Part shown: positions 14,107-26,223 of the stretch, in pieces
How the letters are laid out: each line of letters opens with the position of its first letter
Position numbering within the stretch: the first letter of the stretch is position 1
Origin: Albugo candida
Taxonomy: Eukaryota
Assembly (NCBI GenBank): GCA_040437565.1
Contig: JBDOQK010000037.1
Span: 1-64,000 of the forward strand
Direction: 5' to 3'
Length of the DNA stretch: 64,000 bases
The notes under the pieces: model-generated
Database searches by the model: none
Told to the model about the DNA's origin: nothing
Seen by the model: the letters and a program-made list of their open reading frames with translations, nothing else
Translations under genes and position numbers: made by a program

Positions 14107-15504
14107 CTAGGTCGCTTTGTTCTTACTGAACTTTCTGCTGAGATTACCATTTTTCTTTTTTCCTGACATATTGGCTCGTTCCGATTCGGTGGCTTTTGTA
14201 CCCTGTTGCTTGCCAGAGGTGGACACCTTACGTACGAGGATAATGTCTGGTAAGTCTTCCTCTTTGAGTCCCTGTGTGTACCTTGCACCGAAATTGGTCG
14301 CCTCTATATCGTAACCACGAACGTTATCTCCAGCTGAAAGAAGAGCTCCCAAATGGCTCTGTACGTGATATGTGATGTCATTGACTCCAAAGTCACTCGT
14401 ACGTGCGATTTCAAAATCCGCCAATACGAAGTCACGAATTGTTTCATTCAGCCAAGCATCCTTATGCTTTGGGATAAGCGGCTCATTGTCGAGTACAACA
14501 TACTCCTCCATATGAGAACTTGAATCGAGCGGCTGAAAAGGAAGTTTCCAATATTTGTCACCCGGAATTTCAGCTCTCTGACCTGTAAATGGGTCGACCA
14601 CATGTATTGCGGCAGTGGTTTTGGTACAAAGAACTAGCCGGGATATGTTCCCACAGCTTTGCGCAGTTCGAGCAGGTAACAGCAGCAAATCATCTTTGCA
14701 TATTGGACTCAGTTCGACACTCCAAGTCGCTTGAATGTTGGCCGTTCCATGTCGCACATTTTCAGAGATCATTTTACTCGAGGATTTTATACGAGTGGGT
14801 GCATGAGCAGCTATAAATTGTAAGAAGCGTTCCACTGGCGCCTTAGAGCTGAAAAACAAATCCATTCCTTCTTTCACATTTTGTATGCCCATTGCTTCTT
14901 CATGCGCTTTCGATTTCAGGATTTCTTCTTCCAAACGAGCTAATGTTCGTCTAGGATTTGCCTTTTGTCGAATCTGAACGACGGCACGCCAGGATTTATC
15001 ATGAAAATTCTTGCTACATTCGGGGCATTTTATATTTTGTATAACAAAAGTAAGCAGTTTAGTTGCTCGAACAGCGGCATGTCGAATTATTTCTTGCTCG
15101 ACGATGATTTCCACTTTGATTCGCTTGGAGTGAGGTTCAGTCCAAATGTAATTTGCGTCGATCAGTTTATATTTCTTCAAGTTAGAGACCGATTTAAGGC
15201 AAAGTCCGAGCAATTCACGCGACTCCAATTCATAAAGCGCCCAACATGATTTGCTGCACTGAAATCGCATGCATTGAGGACATTGAGTCAACTCGTGTTC
15301 CAAGGGAATATTTTCCGCTATGTCGACTTTACAGGCAGTGCAAATGGCGCACATATTTAGTGCATTAGGCTCAATTTGCGTACCACAGAGACAGCATGGT
15401 CTAGAAGGAACAGACAATAAGACATCGAGATAGTTATGAGGCTGAATTGATCACTAGGCGACACGTAATGATCGAAATTCGAAGATCTCGTCTTACATTG
15501 TCAT
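14107..15504 (-). CDS. NMD3: NMD3 family 60S ribosomal export adaptor
   Basis: CCLCG..IEPN...C..C zinc sites, IWTEPHSKRIKV, W.AVVQIRQK, DFGVND...HLG..L..GD.V.GYD; 8-nt first coding exon (15497-15504) plus intron 15401-15496 gives MTIPCCLCG in frame. Confidence 0.9.
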
Positions 15505-15906
15505 TTTGAGCAGAAGAGATATAACCGACTTAGCTACACGTGAGATACTGGTAGCACAAAGTAGATTTGGTTGGTTTAAAATAAATACATGTGGAAGCCA
15601 ATAGAGAATGCATTGTTCAACTCGTGCGCATTCTCGATTGTGTGGGCAAGTCGCAAAGGAGTGCAAACTAATTCAGATCAGATTCTGAATTTGGTTAAGA
15701 CTTTTATTTTTTTCTTTCTAATTACCGTCCGATGCTTCATGTACCTCAGCGCTCACTACACTTGAAATAGATAGAAAGACAAAAAGCCACATGTACAAAA
15801 CATCCAGCCGTTGCCTTGCACATCAGTGACTGCTATAAAAGTGTGACAGAAATGTAAGCTATTAGCTAATTAGTGTTCAAATTGGACTATATATATCGGC
15901 GCTATG

Positions 15907-18900
15907 CTAATAGTACGTATTGGTTTCCAGCCATCCTGGAAATCGCACCATCCTTCCAGTCGCTTTATCAATCTTCCCTCGAGACGTAATTCGCATCATG
16001 TACTTTCGCACCTCATCAAATATCACAATGAATATGGAGAATGGAAGAGCTGGGAACCAATGTACTAATCGCATGCTTTGTGTACCGAAAATCGTATGAA
16101 TAAATCCAGCATAAGATACTACCGTACACAACATCAGCTCGAACATCAAGCCGAAATTTAGGACGCTATTATGCATTCCCTGTGTAGTGACAGACAAGTA
16201 TCGTGTCTTACAAATCAAGATATTTGCCCATTGTACTTGCACAATCGCCACAAAGAAGGCCGTTTGCGCGACTCTGAGCGCATTGAGTTGTAGCATCCTC
16301 GACGCAATGTTCACACGTACGCTTCCATCCTTTTCCATATTTGGATCTCGATCTGTAAATCCTGCTCGGTAGTCCAACAAGCATTGATCACCCTCACAAG
16401 GTGCATCTCCATTGGCTTGTTTGACATATCGTAAATTTTTCCCCGCTGTATACGACTTGCCAGATAGCTGGTATGTACTTGTGCTCGCACGTTCCGTACT
16501 AACATTGACCACATTGACTTCAGAATCCAAAAAGGCATCTTTTGCTTTTCCCAAAGAAGAAATGGATGATCGAATGGAACTCGGATCATTGATGGCCCAC
16601 AATCCGACCGGTTGGAAAGCAAAAAATAATTTACTCGTAATTTTGTCGCGAAAGCCTGGAGCAGAGGTATCCCATGTTGGATACGCGAACCATTCCTTAT
16701 CGAAAAATGAAGAAAATCGACCTGCAAGCGGATAGAACGGACGATATCCACGACTGTGGGCCGCTTGCATGGCTTGATAGGAAACCACTGCATTATCCGA
16801 AGTGTAGTCTTGGTATGTTGATGGATTCCTAATGTCAAAGCTCAAGGGCTTATCGCCTCGTGGTTCAAAGTTGGCAAATGGAAATTGACAGTCTTTTATC
16901 TCTCCGTGTAGACCTGGATCGTAAAATATGTATGCATCAAAAATGTTGCCACCGCTCGGAATAGTATCGTTGTAATCCTTTACACAATCTGGAACACCAT
17001 CTTGACTCCGAACTTCGCTCAATACTTGCATCAATCCACCAGAGTTTTTGAAATGACCACCGGCATTACAAAATTGACCTCTGTGCACTTTACACCATAA
17101 TACTTGTTTTCCAAACGCGTCTTGAAAACCGAGTTGTGGAAGAATTCCGGGGGGATAACCGAAATCATTCAACACGACGACGTATGTAAACATACCAGCT
17201 GCAGCTTGAATAATCCCAATGACCGCGTATGAGAAGACCACAAGCTTTTTCGTCACAAGATGGTCGACTGCAGCATTACGAGGAGCACGAAGCATGATAT
17301 CATTTTCCGCACGTTCGTACGCCATTGAAATTGCTGGAATCATATCGGTTCCCAGGCAGATTGCGAGCATCAAAATTGTTGTTAGTGGAAGAGGCACTCG
17401 GATGACAGCATAGAATAAAAATGGGACCAGTTCCGGTATATTCACTGCCAATGCATAGGCAATCGACTTTTTCAGATTATCGAAAATAATGCGACCCTCT
17501 TCCACTCCATGCACAATCGAAGCGAAGTTATCATCCAGGAGAATCATATCTGCAGCTTCTTTGGAAACAGCAGATCCCATGATACCCATAGCGATACCTA
17601 TATCGGCCTTTTTGAGTGCCGGTGAATCATTCACACCATCCCCTGTAACAGCCACAATTTCCTTACGACGCTGACAATTCTCTACGATAATGAGCTTCTG
17701 TTGTGGAGATGTTCGCGCAAACACTACTTGATTGTGATCTAGTATGCGATCCCATTCTTCTTCAGTCGTATCCATGCTTATGGTCCAACCAGGAACCACG
17801 ATTGCCGGCGCAGAATTTGGATCTTGCCAGCCAGGATCACCCTCTCTTAAATTGTGTTTTTGATTCTCCTCCTCTAGATCTTCACATGTAGGTCCCCACA
17901 AAATACCAACTTTGTGAGCAATCGCTTTAGCTGTGACTGGATGATCTCCGGTCACCATGATCACACGGATACCAGCGCTTTTGCATTTCGATACAGCAAT
18001 TGGAACTTCTGGACGAGGAGGGTCAATAAGTGCCATGAGACCGATGAAACAAAGTGGTTCTTCAGTTTTGGTATCTGGCGTGGGAACAATTTCGTAATCA
18101 ACATCCTTCTCACCGAGCGGGAAGTTTGGATTATCAGTATTGAATTCGTAGGTGGAGTTATAAATGGAAGGATCCAACACCTTTTGCGCGAATCCAAGCA
18201 CCCTCATCCCTTTTTTCGATAGCTCCAATTGACATTGTTCTATACTTTCAAGTCGTTCCGGAGTTAGATCCATTTCTTCACCTTTGATTGCAACCTTGGA
18301 GCAACGAGATAGTATTCGCTCTGGTGCGCCTTTCATCAGCAGTACCAATGGCTTGGAATCATCGTTTTCCTGTTTGTGAATCGATATTTGATACTTGTTT
18401 TTAGAATTGAAAGGAATCTCTTTCAATTTCATGTTCGCAGCGCGATATTCGATGATGTCGCGTTTATCGTGGCAAAATTTGATCATTGCTGATTCGGACG
18501 CATCTCCGATTGTGTCCCAATTTACTTTACGAATACTTCGGCCGTCTGAAGCAGTCACATATTCCATGAAGGGTATCCCTTTACCACGTGCCAGAGTTCC
18601 ATCTGCGGCTTTAACCTTTTCAAATTTGGAATCTTCATCGAAAACGGCGTTATTACACAGTGTGGCACATCGCTGGAGCGCGAAGAACGAGGGATCATCG
18701 AGGTCGTATGTCGGAACTGGAGTGATCGAGCACTCCGCATCTAGTATCTCGTTATTGTACACAACATTGGCGACAGTCATCACGTTCTGAGTCAGAGTAC
18801 CAGTTTTGTCGGAACAGATGCAACTCGTTGATCCCAGAGTCTCTACGCCTTCGAGATTTTTTACCAAGACCGCTTTACCTGCCATTCGATTGGCAGCGAG

Positions 18901-20007
18901 ACTCAGACAGACAGTTACGGTTGCAAGTAGACCTTCTGGAACGTTAGCGACAATGATACCAATCATAAAAACAACATTTGTGACAACGTCGGTTTTGATG
19001 ACAAACCCAATGATGAAAAAGATCACACCAATAGTGACTGCTACCGCCGCTATGATATGTACAAAGTGGTTGATCTCTCGTGCAATAGGAGTTAGTATGG
19101 TCGTCGTTGATGTAGCGAGTCGCGCAATCCTGCCCATGACCGTCTTATCACCAATACGAACAACGATTCCCTTGCCAGATCCTTGGGGGACAAAAGTACC
19201 GAAGAAACAGAGATTTTTTGTTTCCAATGGATTTTCATCAGTGCAGTCGGGTACTCGCTTGAGCGGCTCAGGCTCTCCAGTCAAACAAGAATTATCGACA
19301 GCTAGATCATCGGAGCATTCAATAATCCGAATATCAGCAGGGACTTTATCACCGCCTTTAAGAATGATTAGATCACCCCGAACCAATTGAGTAGCATCGA
19401 TTTTCTGTGAATTTCCCTCTCGTATCACTGTCGCCATCGTTGGCATCATATTTTTGAAGGATTCCATCAAATTGGACGACTTTCTATTTTGAAAGTATGA
19501 AAATGTACCAGTGATAACGACCACAAGAAATAAGACAATGCCAAGGTACAAATTGTTGGGATCTCCCTGTACGAAATAGAGAATAATGCACAATGCACCT
19601 CCCAGCCAAAGCAATAAGCTAAACAGTCCTGTAATTTCACGAAAATATTTGACAATCTCCGGCGTTTGTTTAGGTGGTGAGAGTCTATTGGGTCCGTCCT
19701 GCTCCAAACGACGGTCAACATCATGTGTACTCATTCCCTTTTACAATAAGAAAGCGTTAGCAGTTGTACAAAGAGCTCTAAAATGTGCACATACATCAGT
19801 GATATGAGTTCCTAAATCAGCGATCAGCTCAGAGATTGACTGCTTATGTTCCTCCATGATAAGTTCTCGTTTCGTGTCATCGGTGTCATCCTTCTTCTTC
19901 TCACCCTTTTTGCGACGTCGTAGTGTCTGTCGATGTCTCAACTCTGTAGTGACAGCAACGATGTCGGCTGAAGAGAGCCGAGGGACAGGTTCAGCTGCCT
20001 GCTTCAT
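15907..20007 (-). CDS. P-type IIC (Na+/K+- or H+/K+-like) ATPase alpha subunit
   Basis: VANVPEGLL, CSDKTGTLT, MKGAPERIL, MVTGDH, TGDGVNDSPALKKAD, C-terminal TYY; intron 19738-19794; start codon uncertain. Confidence 0.95.
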
Positions 20008-20036
20008 TGTATCAACGTTTTCTCTCACAAAAGATG

Positions 20037-20052
20037 CAAAACAAGAATGAGC
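20037..20052 (-). promoter_or_regulatory. Candidate oomycete Inr/FPR core promoter of the ATPase gene
   Basis: GCTCATTCTTGTTTTG resembles the oomycete GCTCATTYBNNNWTTY consensus, about 45 nt upstream of the ATG; a CCAAT box (tgattggc) lies at about 20181. Confidence 0.4.
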
Positions 20053-20312
20053 TCATTTTTCGTGTGCCGGGTACAAAGCGACGCATCCGTTGTGACCATT
20101 GAAGATCCAGCTGTACCGTTCATCCCTTTGCAGAAGATTTTGAATCGGATTTGGTAAAACGATTTTCGAATTGATATATTTGATTGGCGCATTATAAACA
20201 ATGCCTGCGTGCCATAAGTGAAGATCAGCTTTTATACTTGCTTCCTACTTGATGGAATTCATTCCCGCCATGTGGAATGCGTTAAATCTGATCGCGCCCT
20301 ACCCCTTCACTA

Positions 20313-20968
20313 ATGTCTGATTCGGAGCCTTTGGAATTTGAATGTGCACAAGGGAGAGAAATTGGTAACGAAGCGTTTTGGTCGCTTTCTTCTGCAAAAC
20401 CAGGAAACGGCATTGATCAACTTCGGGATGGTATTTTTGTGCATCAGATTTATATCATATTATAGCTTATGTACCTAATTAGATAAAATCGATACGTTTT
20501 GGCAGTCCGATGGCGCTCAGCCTCATTGCATCAACATTGAATTCAATAAAAAGACACTCATACAGGAAATTGCATTTTATTTGTACTACAAGCTGGATGA
20601 AAGCTACACGCCCAAAAGAATATCTATCCGATCAGGAAACACTGTACAAGATTTGGTTGAGATACACTTACAGGAACTCGTGGAACCCAATGGGTGGGTG
20701 CGAGTTCCTCTGCACATTATAGAAAATGGCAAGGTACTCTAGAAAATCGTACTCGAATGAATCATCTGATTTCATTTTTGTCCGTCCACAGCATCGACCT
20801 TTGCGTACTTTTTTCCTACAAATTGTTGTGTTGGCAATGCATCAAAATGGGAGAGACACACATATCCGTCAAATCAAAATTTATTCTCCTCGTGAAACCA
20901 ACATATTTGGTCCGAGTACAATCGAACCAACAACCGCTCAGATATCAGCATACTTTATGATTCGATGA
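20313..20968 (+). CDS. APC10: Anaphase-promoting complex subunit 10 (3 exons)
   Basis: Spliced translation REIGNEAFWSLSSAKPGNGIDQLRD..TFWQSDGAQPH...DESYTP...HQNGRDTHIRQIKIYSP. Confidence 0.93.
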
Positions 20969-21019
20969 GGCTATTGATACTTAACTTGAGCGAACATTGT
21001 CGAACCAGGGCATCAGTCC

Positions 21020-21733
21020 TCATTTAGAGGTTATGTTGAGCACAAGCGCGTGAAGTGCACCATTCAACCTATTAGTCTGTGTTTCTTTTCGCGTTCCGAT
21101 TGTTTTTTTTGCATGATCTTTTAACTTTCGTAATAATTGCAGACGTTTCTCATGTGATGGTGTGCAGCGGCAGACTGTGTATACCGACTTTGTCTCCTTG
21201 AAAACTAATAGATTTACTGCGCTGGTCCCAACAGGAGGCGTCCAGCGAATTTGACCACTATCTGGATTGTAGTAGTATGTGTCATTTGTATCATCTAAAT
21301 GATGCTCTGTCCAAGGAACAGGCAAAATCACTCGGTCGACAGAATGCTTTTCGACGTGGCGAAAACCTTTACAAAAGTCACATACTTGTGGCAAGATCTC
21401 ATTCGGAGGAACATAAAATGCACTCAACCCTTTCTGGATAATATCCAATTGCTCTAGTGGTATAGAATCACATTGATCTTCTTTCGGGCCTCCATTTAAT
21501 AAGGTTTCTTTGGTAGTGTGGTCAATTTGAAGATTTGTCGTATGACTCTTGTACCACAACTTCTGATAAGCTGATTTTGAAAATCCGGCTAGTTGACGGT
21601 CAGTATTTTTCTTGAAGCGCATCTGCCGGTGATCAGACTTTTTAAAGTCCAGTATAATCGAATCCTGTGTACTGCGCACTTCATCAAGACTAGATGCATT
21701 AGAGTCGTTGGATCTCCATGAGGTACTACCCAT
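21020..21733 (-). CDS. WW-domain-containing hypothetical protein
   Basis: LPVPWTEH...TYYYNPDSGQIRWTPP is a WW motif; 237-aa ORF. Confidence 0.75.
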   Translation of the reverse strand: MGSTSWRSNDSNASSLDEVRSTQDSIILDFKKSDHRQMRFKKNTDRQLAGFSKSAYQKLWYKSHTTNLQIDHTTKETLLNGGPKEDQCDSIPLEQLDIIQKGLSAFYVPPNEILPQVCDFCKGFRHVEKHSVDRVILPVPWTEHHLDDTNDTYYYNPDSGQIRWTPPVGTSAVNLLVFKETKSVYTVCRCTPSHEKRLQLLRKLKDHAKKTIGTRKETQTNRLNGALHALVLNITSK

Positions 21734-22959
21734 TTATAAAATCGAAATAGAATGGTCGATTTTTATGTCTCGTCTTGGCTAAAGATATCGCTATTTTTAG
21801 GTACATGCAATTTGGTAACCCATCCTCAGCAAAATCTTAAGCGAAATCAATCTGGTCACGAAACGCATCGCTTCTTTGATTCACGAAGTTTTATACGTGC
21901 ATCTGTATGCGATTATAGATGTCATTAGCTATTTTTTGCCCCGTTAGAAGTAGTATTTCTTACCATGCTCCGCAATTCTAACGTCAAATCAATTCGGTGG
22001 GGTGCACGTTGGCATTCACTATCAAGTAGGGGGACAGAAGGATAGCATTCAGCGCCCTCAAAATGTCTCAGCACAGCTTTGCGCTATCACATTACTGAAA
22101 CGTGTGCATACGTAGCTCGAAAAAGCTTGGTTTCTTGACCGTCAGTACACCAAGTTGAAAACATGGTGAGAGGACGCATACATAAACGCACAGCAGTATC
22201 AATTTTGCTGCTGCATCAGCGTGATAGAGTTGCTACTCTTACAAGGATCAAGGTATTGCGATTATATAGCGTTACTTTTCGGCTGTAATGCCGCATATAC
22301 GATCGAATACGTCACATAAAGCATCTAATTTCTGCTTCATCATAGAATAACACATTTCCTCACTGGTGTAATGCGACATGACTTATTGTAAAAGTTTTGG
22401 CTACTATTATGCAAGTTTTACGTCCTGCGAAAATCCTCGGTTCGATGCGGAGACGCCAACAACTTCTAAACATATCGTGACATTTTGAATTACAATTTTA
22501 CAACCCAAAGTAAATGGTCCCCAACCTCTATATGAAGGTGCTTTAATAACTAGAGTAGAGCAGTAATTTACCCAGACGAGTGCGCATAAATGTCTACAAG
22601 AAACCTGCCCTGTGGTAATATTCTTCTTCAGTATTACTATGCATCTTTTAGCGTAGCCTTGAGCAATTTTACGATCGCAAATGACCAAACTTCAAACACG
22701 GTCAATTCGGCGAAAAGATCGGCAGTTACAAAGTTGCAAGTATTTCACCGCGTGATCCACTTCAAGTACACAATTTCTCAGCTTTTATGGAATATTTTTG
22801 GAATCAGCACGAAGAGGCACAAGTTGTATGATATCATTGATCCTAGAACGCATCCACCGTTCATCGCAAAGATCTTTTCGTAGACCTTGTGCATACTATC
22901 ACATAGTATTTGTAGGCCCATGCAAATTATTCAAATAATTTTTATACACTATCATTTCA

Positions 22960-24575
22960 ATGCCAAAAGATCAAAGTGCTCCAGGCCACATGCGCATAGA
23001 CTGCTCAGGCAGTACACATCGTTTTCCAATAAGTCCTCAGCAAATCACGAGTACTGATTATGAATCCAATCAATTCTTTGTCGAATCCGACAAATGTTCT
23101 CTTGACACAGATACTAATGATTTCATACTTGCAAAAACAGCAAATGACCCTAGAGGTTTTTCGGATTTAGAGGATGTTTGGAATATGTCTCAGCATCACC
23201 TGAGGCCATTCAATAGCTCACCACGCGAATTAGCTAGTAGTGCAGCCTCAACTTCAGCCCCATCATCAGCATCCTTATCATCTAATCTAAACCCCGCTTG
23301 TCTGTCTTCGTTTTGCTCAAACACATCAGGTGGCGAATCAGAAAGTTGCTCTCAGACTTCATACAATACATCGATATCACTATCGCGGCCATCATTAGAC
23401 CTAGCATCCTCAAATCCTGGGAAAAAAAGTACAAATGCTTTCCCATTGGCCTGCAGTTTCGAGGCATTTAGCCATCATTTTCACCTTCCACTCAAGGTTG
23501 CGGCTGAAAAGTTTGGCGTTCGAGCCACAGCATTCAAGAAAAGATGTCGGGCTATCGGTATCCGACATTGGCCGTATCGCAAAGTTCGAAGTCTTAAACG
23601 CTCCATACAAGAATTAGGTCGATGTAAGGAAGACGGAACAATTAACGAAAAGCAAAAGCATCAGTTTCAGAACTTCAAGATTCAACTGGACAAACTTCTC
23701 TCACCGGAGACTTATGGTAATTCCTTGTAATATATTTATTGAAATGACCAATCTCGAACTATTTGAAATAGGGATCGATCGTCACAAGCGTATGGTTCGT
23801 TTTCAGTTCAACGAGGATGATGATACTATAGACTCTGGCGATGAAGATGCTTCAACCAGCAGTCCAAATGTACAGGCAACATTTACAGACTGTTCAATCA
23901 CTTCCATTAAGCTAAATGATGCAAAGATGTCACGAGCGATCGCACGATCCGGGCGTCGTGGCAAAACGGTAGCATCAGTAAATCACTCACTTTTGACCTC
24001 GAAAATTCATCATGCTTTGTATGTTACAGTCATTGACATCTTGTGGGCTGAACAAGACTGATGCGATGTTGAGTGGTGCGGATCCAAATCCGATGGCGAG
24101 CGTTTCAGTTCGATTCGCGAATCCGAATGAGTTCGGATTTGAATCTTATGATAACCTATTCGGGGACTTTAAACGGGAAAGTCATCTCGGATTTGATGAT
24201 TTTGCGGGAACGGACTACTCTTCAGGGCAGTGCTTTATCGACTCTAGTATCGGTACACATGAGGACCTCTTTCTGCCAAGTATACGATCGCCGACGGGTT
24301 GCGGACACTCGAATCAGTTCCCATCAAGTTCGGCATCCTCTATCTTGGTTCCACCCTGCAGTACGAGCAATCCTGTGTATACAAATTTGTCACCTTTGCC
24401 TGCATCAGCATCAATAGTCATGTCCCCGAGTGTTCCGTCAGTGACGTTTGCGACCAGCCAACACTCAACCGCTACAAACATTACCACAACCACGTCCGCT
24501 TCGGTTAGCGATCATATCTTTGATGACGATGATATGTTTCTACAATTATCACCAGACTGTGGGTGCATTGTCTAA
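22960..24575 (+). CDS. RWP-RK (NIN-like) transcription factor, spliced
   Basis: FHLPLKVAAEKFGVRATAFKKRCRAIGIRHWPYRKVRSL; three adjacent ORFs joined by GT-AG introns near 23717-23771 and about 23970-24030. Confidence 0.85.
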
Positions 24576-24962
24576 TGAAATGTTAATATGTTCTGTAAAT
24601 TTAAATTTACTTTGTCAGAAAAAGTAGCAAATCACACTAAGGTCAACTTTAACTGCGTCTAAATGTAACTCACCGTGAAGGGGCAAATACCAGCCTTTTC
24701 TGCTTACAAGTCAATACTTAGACAGGGTATCTCGTGTTTGTCTTGAACAAAGTCTGAAAGCATTTGTTTCGATTATTTTTCACCTTGCTATTTCACATGT
24801 ATCTCTGGCCATGTTATGCCAAAATTTGCATTCTAAAGCTTTCACTCTCAAGATCACATTTCGATGATGTAGATAGTGAGATAATTGGAACGATGTAACG
24901 AAAGAACATACGCGAGATGAATTATTTGATGCGATATGGAGGACTACCAGATAGTGTCTAGT

Positions 24963-25707
24963 CTACTCTTCATCATCGTCGTCTTCGACCTCTTCATCAT
25001 GTTCCTCTTCCACTACAACTCCATCTTTCTGTGCGTTGTAAACATCCATTTGTTCCTGATATTTCACCTTCGCACCTTCATGCATTTTATGATACTTAGC
25101 GCGCTTCTTTTCTGGTAAATCACGCCACTTTTCCGCCAGCAAACGCGAAATATCAGTTATCTTCATATCCGGATTTTCCCGTCTGAGTGCATCACGAGCC
25201 TCATTGCAAAAAAAGAAATACGCTGATAATGCCCGCTTTGGAGCATCTGGGTCTTTCTTCTTACGGATTGATCGAGTTGTCTCGAATGATGGATCGGGAA
25301 CGTAATCTTCTTTTTCCTCTTGATATCTTTTCTTATCAGCTTCCGCTAACTCTTCATACGGCTATTAAACGATAGTGAACCACACGTCACAAGAGTCAAC
25401 AACTGCTTTCATTTGACTTGTTACTAAACTCACCTTTCGGTCTTCTGGTTTGCATTGTTTCCATCTTTTCCCAATTTCTGTAGAGATTTGTAAGAATTCT
25501 AGCTCTATAATCAGACCCAATTCAGTTGTGAGCTACTAAGCGAAGCTAGGCAACGTGCGTACCTGGCATTTCCTTCTTGACTTGATCTCGAATATCATTA
25601 CTAAAAAACATAAAAGCGGAAAGTGCACGCTTTGGAGCATTTTTATCTTTCTTTCGTCGAATACGGCGCCTTGTATCGCCTGTATCCGCAGTTTTGGTGC
25701 GCGCCAT
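24963..25707 (-). CDS. HMGB-like protein: two HMG boxes plus acidic tail (3 exons)
   Basis: [17 protein letters not shown]...IGKRWK and [17 protein letters not shown]...LAEKWR; ends [10 protein letters not shown]. Confidence 0.9.
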
Positions 25708-26223
25708 AGTCTATATGAAGTCGCTCGCTGGTTGTATTGGCTGTATAAGTTTTCGGAGGCTTTTCACCCACTGTTGTGCTGATGCTAGTTTGGCTTGGTT
25801 CTGTAGAGCAAAAGGGAATTTAAGTCGAGCCAAAAAGTGATACAGTTTTGTAAGACTGAAAAACCTTGGTAAGGTGAGATCTGTACAATAGAAAAGCATT
25901 TCACAGGAGAAACTCTCATCTCTAATATAAATAGAGTGACATATGCAGGATTGTATTGAATTTTTATATAAATAAAACGCCATTGTTGAGAAAACGACTA
26001 AGACAAAAAAAGGCGTATTTGACTTGAACAAAGTATTCGAAAGAGATAGGTGGAGCTGACGGTTGAGAAATTGACGGGTCAGGAAATGACGTAGGTGTTA
26101 GGGGTCTACGCGCAAGGTTTTTTGGGAGGAGAGACATGCGGCGAATGTAGTGGGTATGGTGTAATTGGTGGAAATCCCAAACCCGCTTGTCCAATCATTA
26201 TCACCTTCTTCTCGGGATTGGTG

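Noticed and set aside
15549..15557. TGGTAGCAC, complementary to the 3' end of tRNA-iMet (possible primer-binding site)
   Set aside because: Only 9 nt, lies in the NMD3 promoter, no adjacent LTR.
18806..19390. 194-aa antisense ORF; likewise 58372-59082, 26098-26646 and 3999-4394
   Set aside because: Shadow ORFs opposite well-supported genes with no recognisable motifs.
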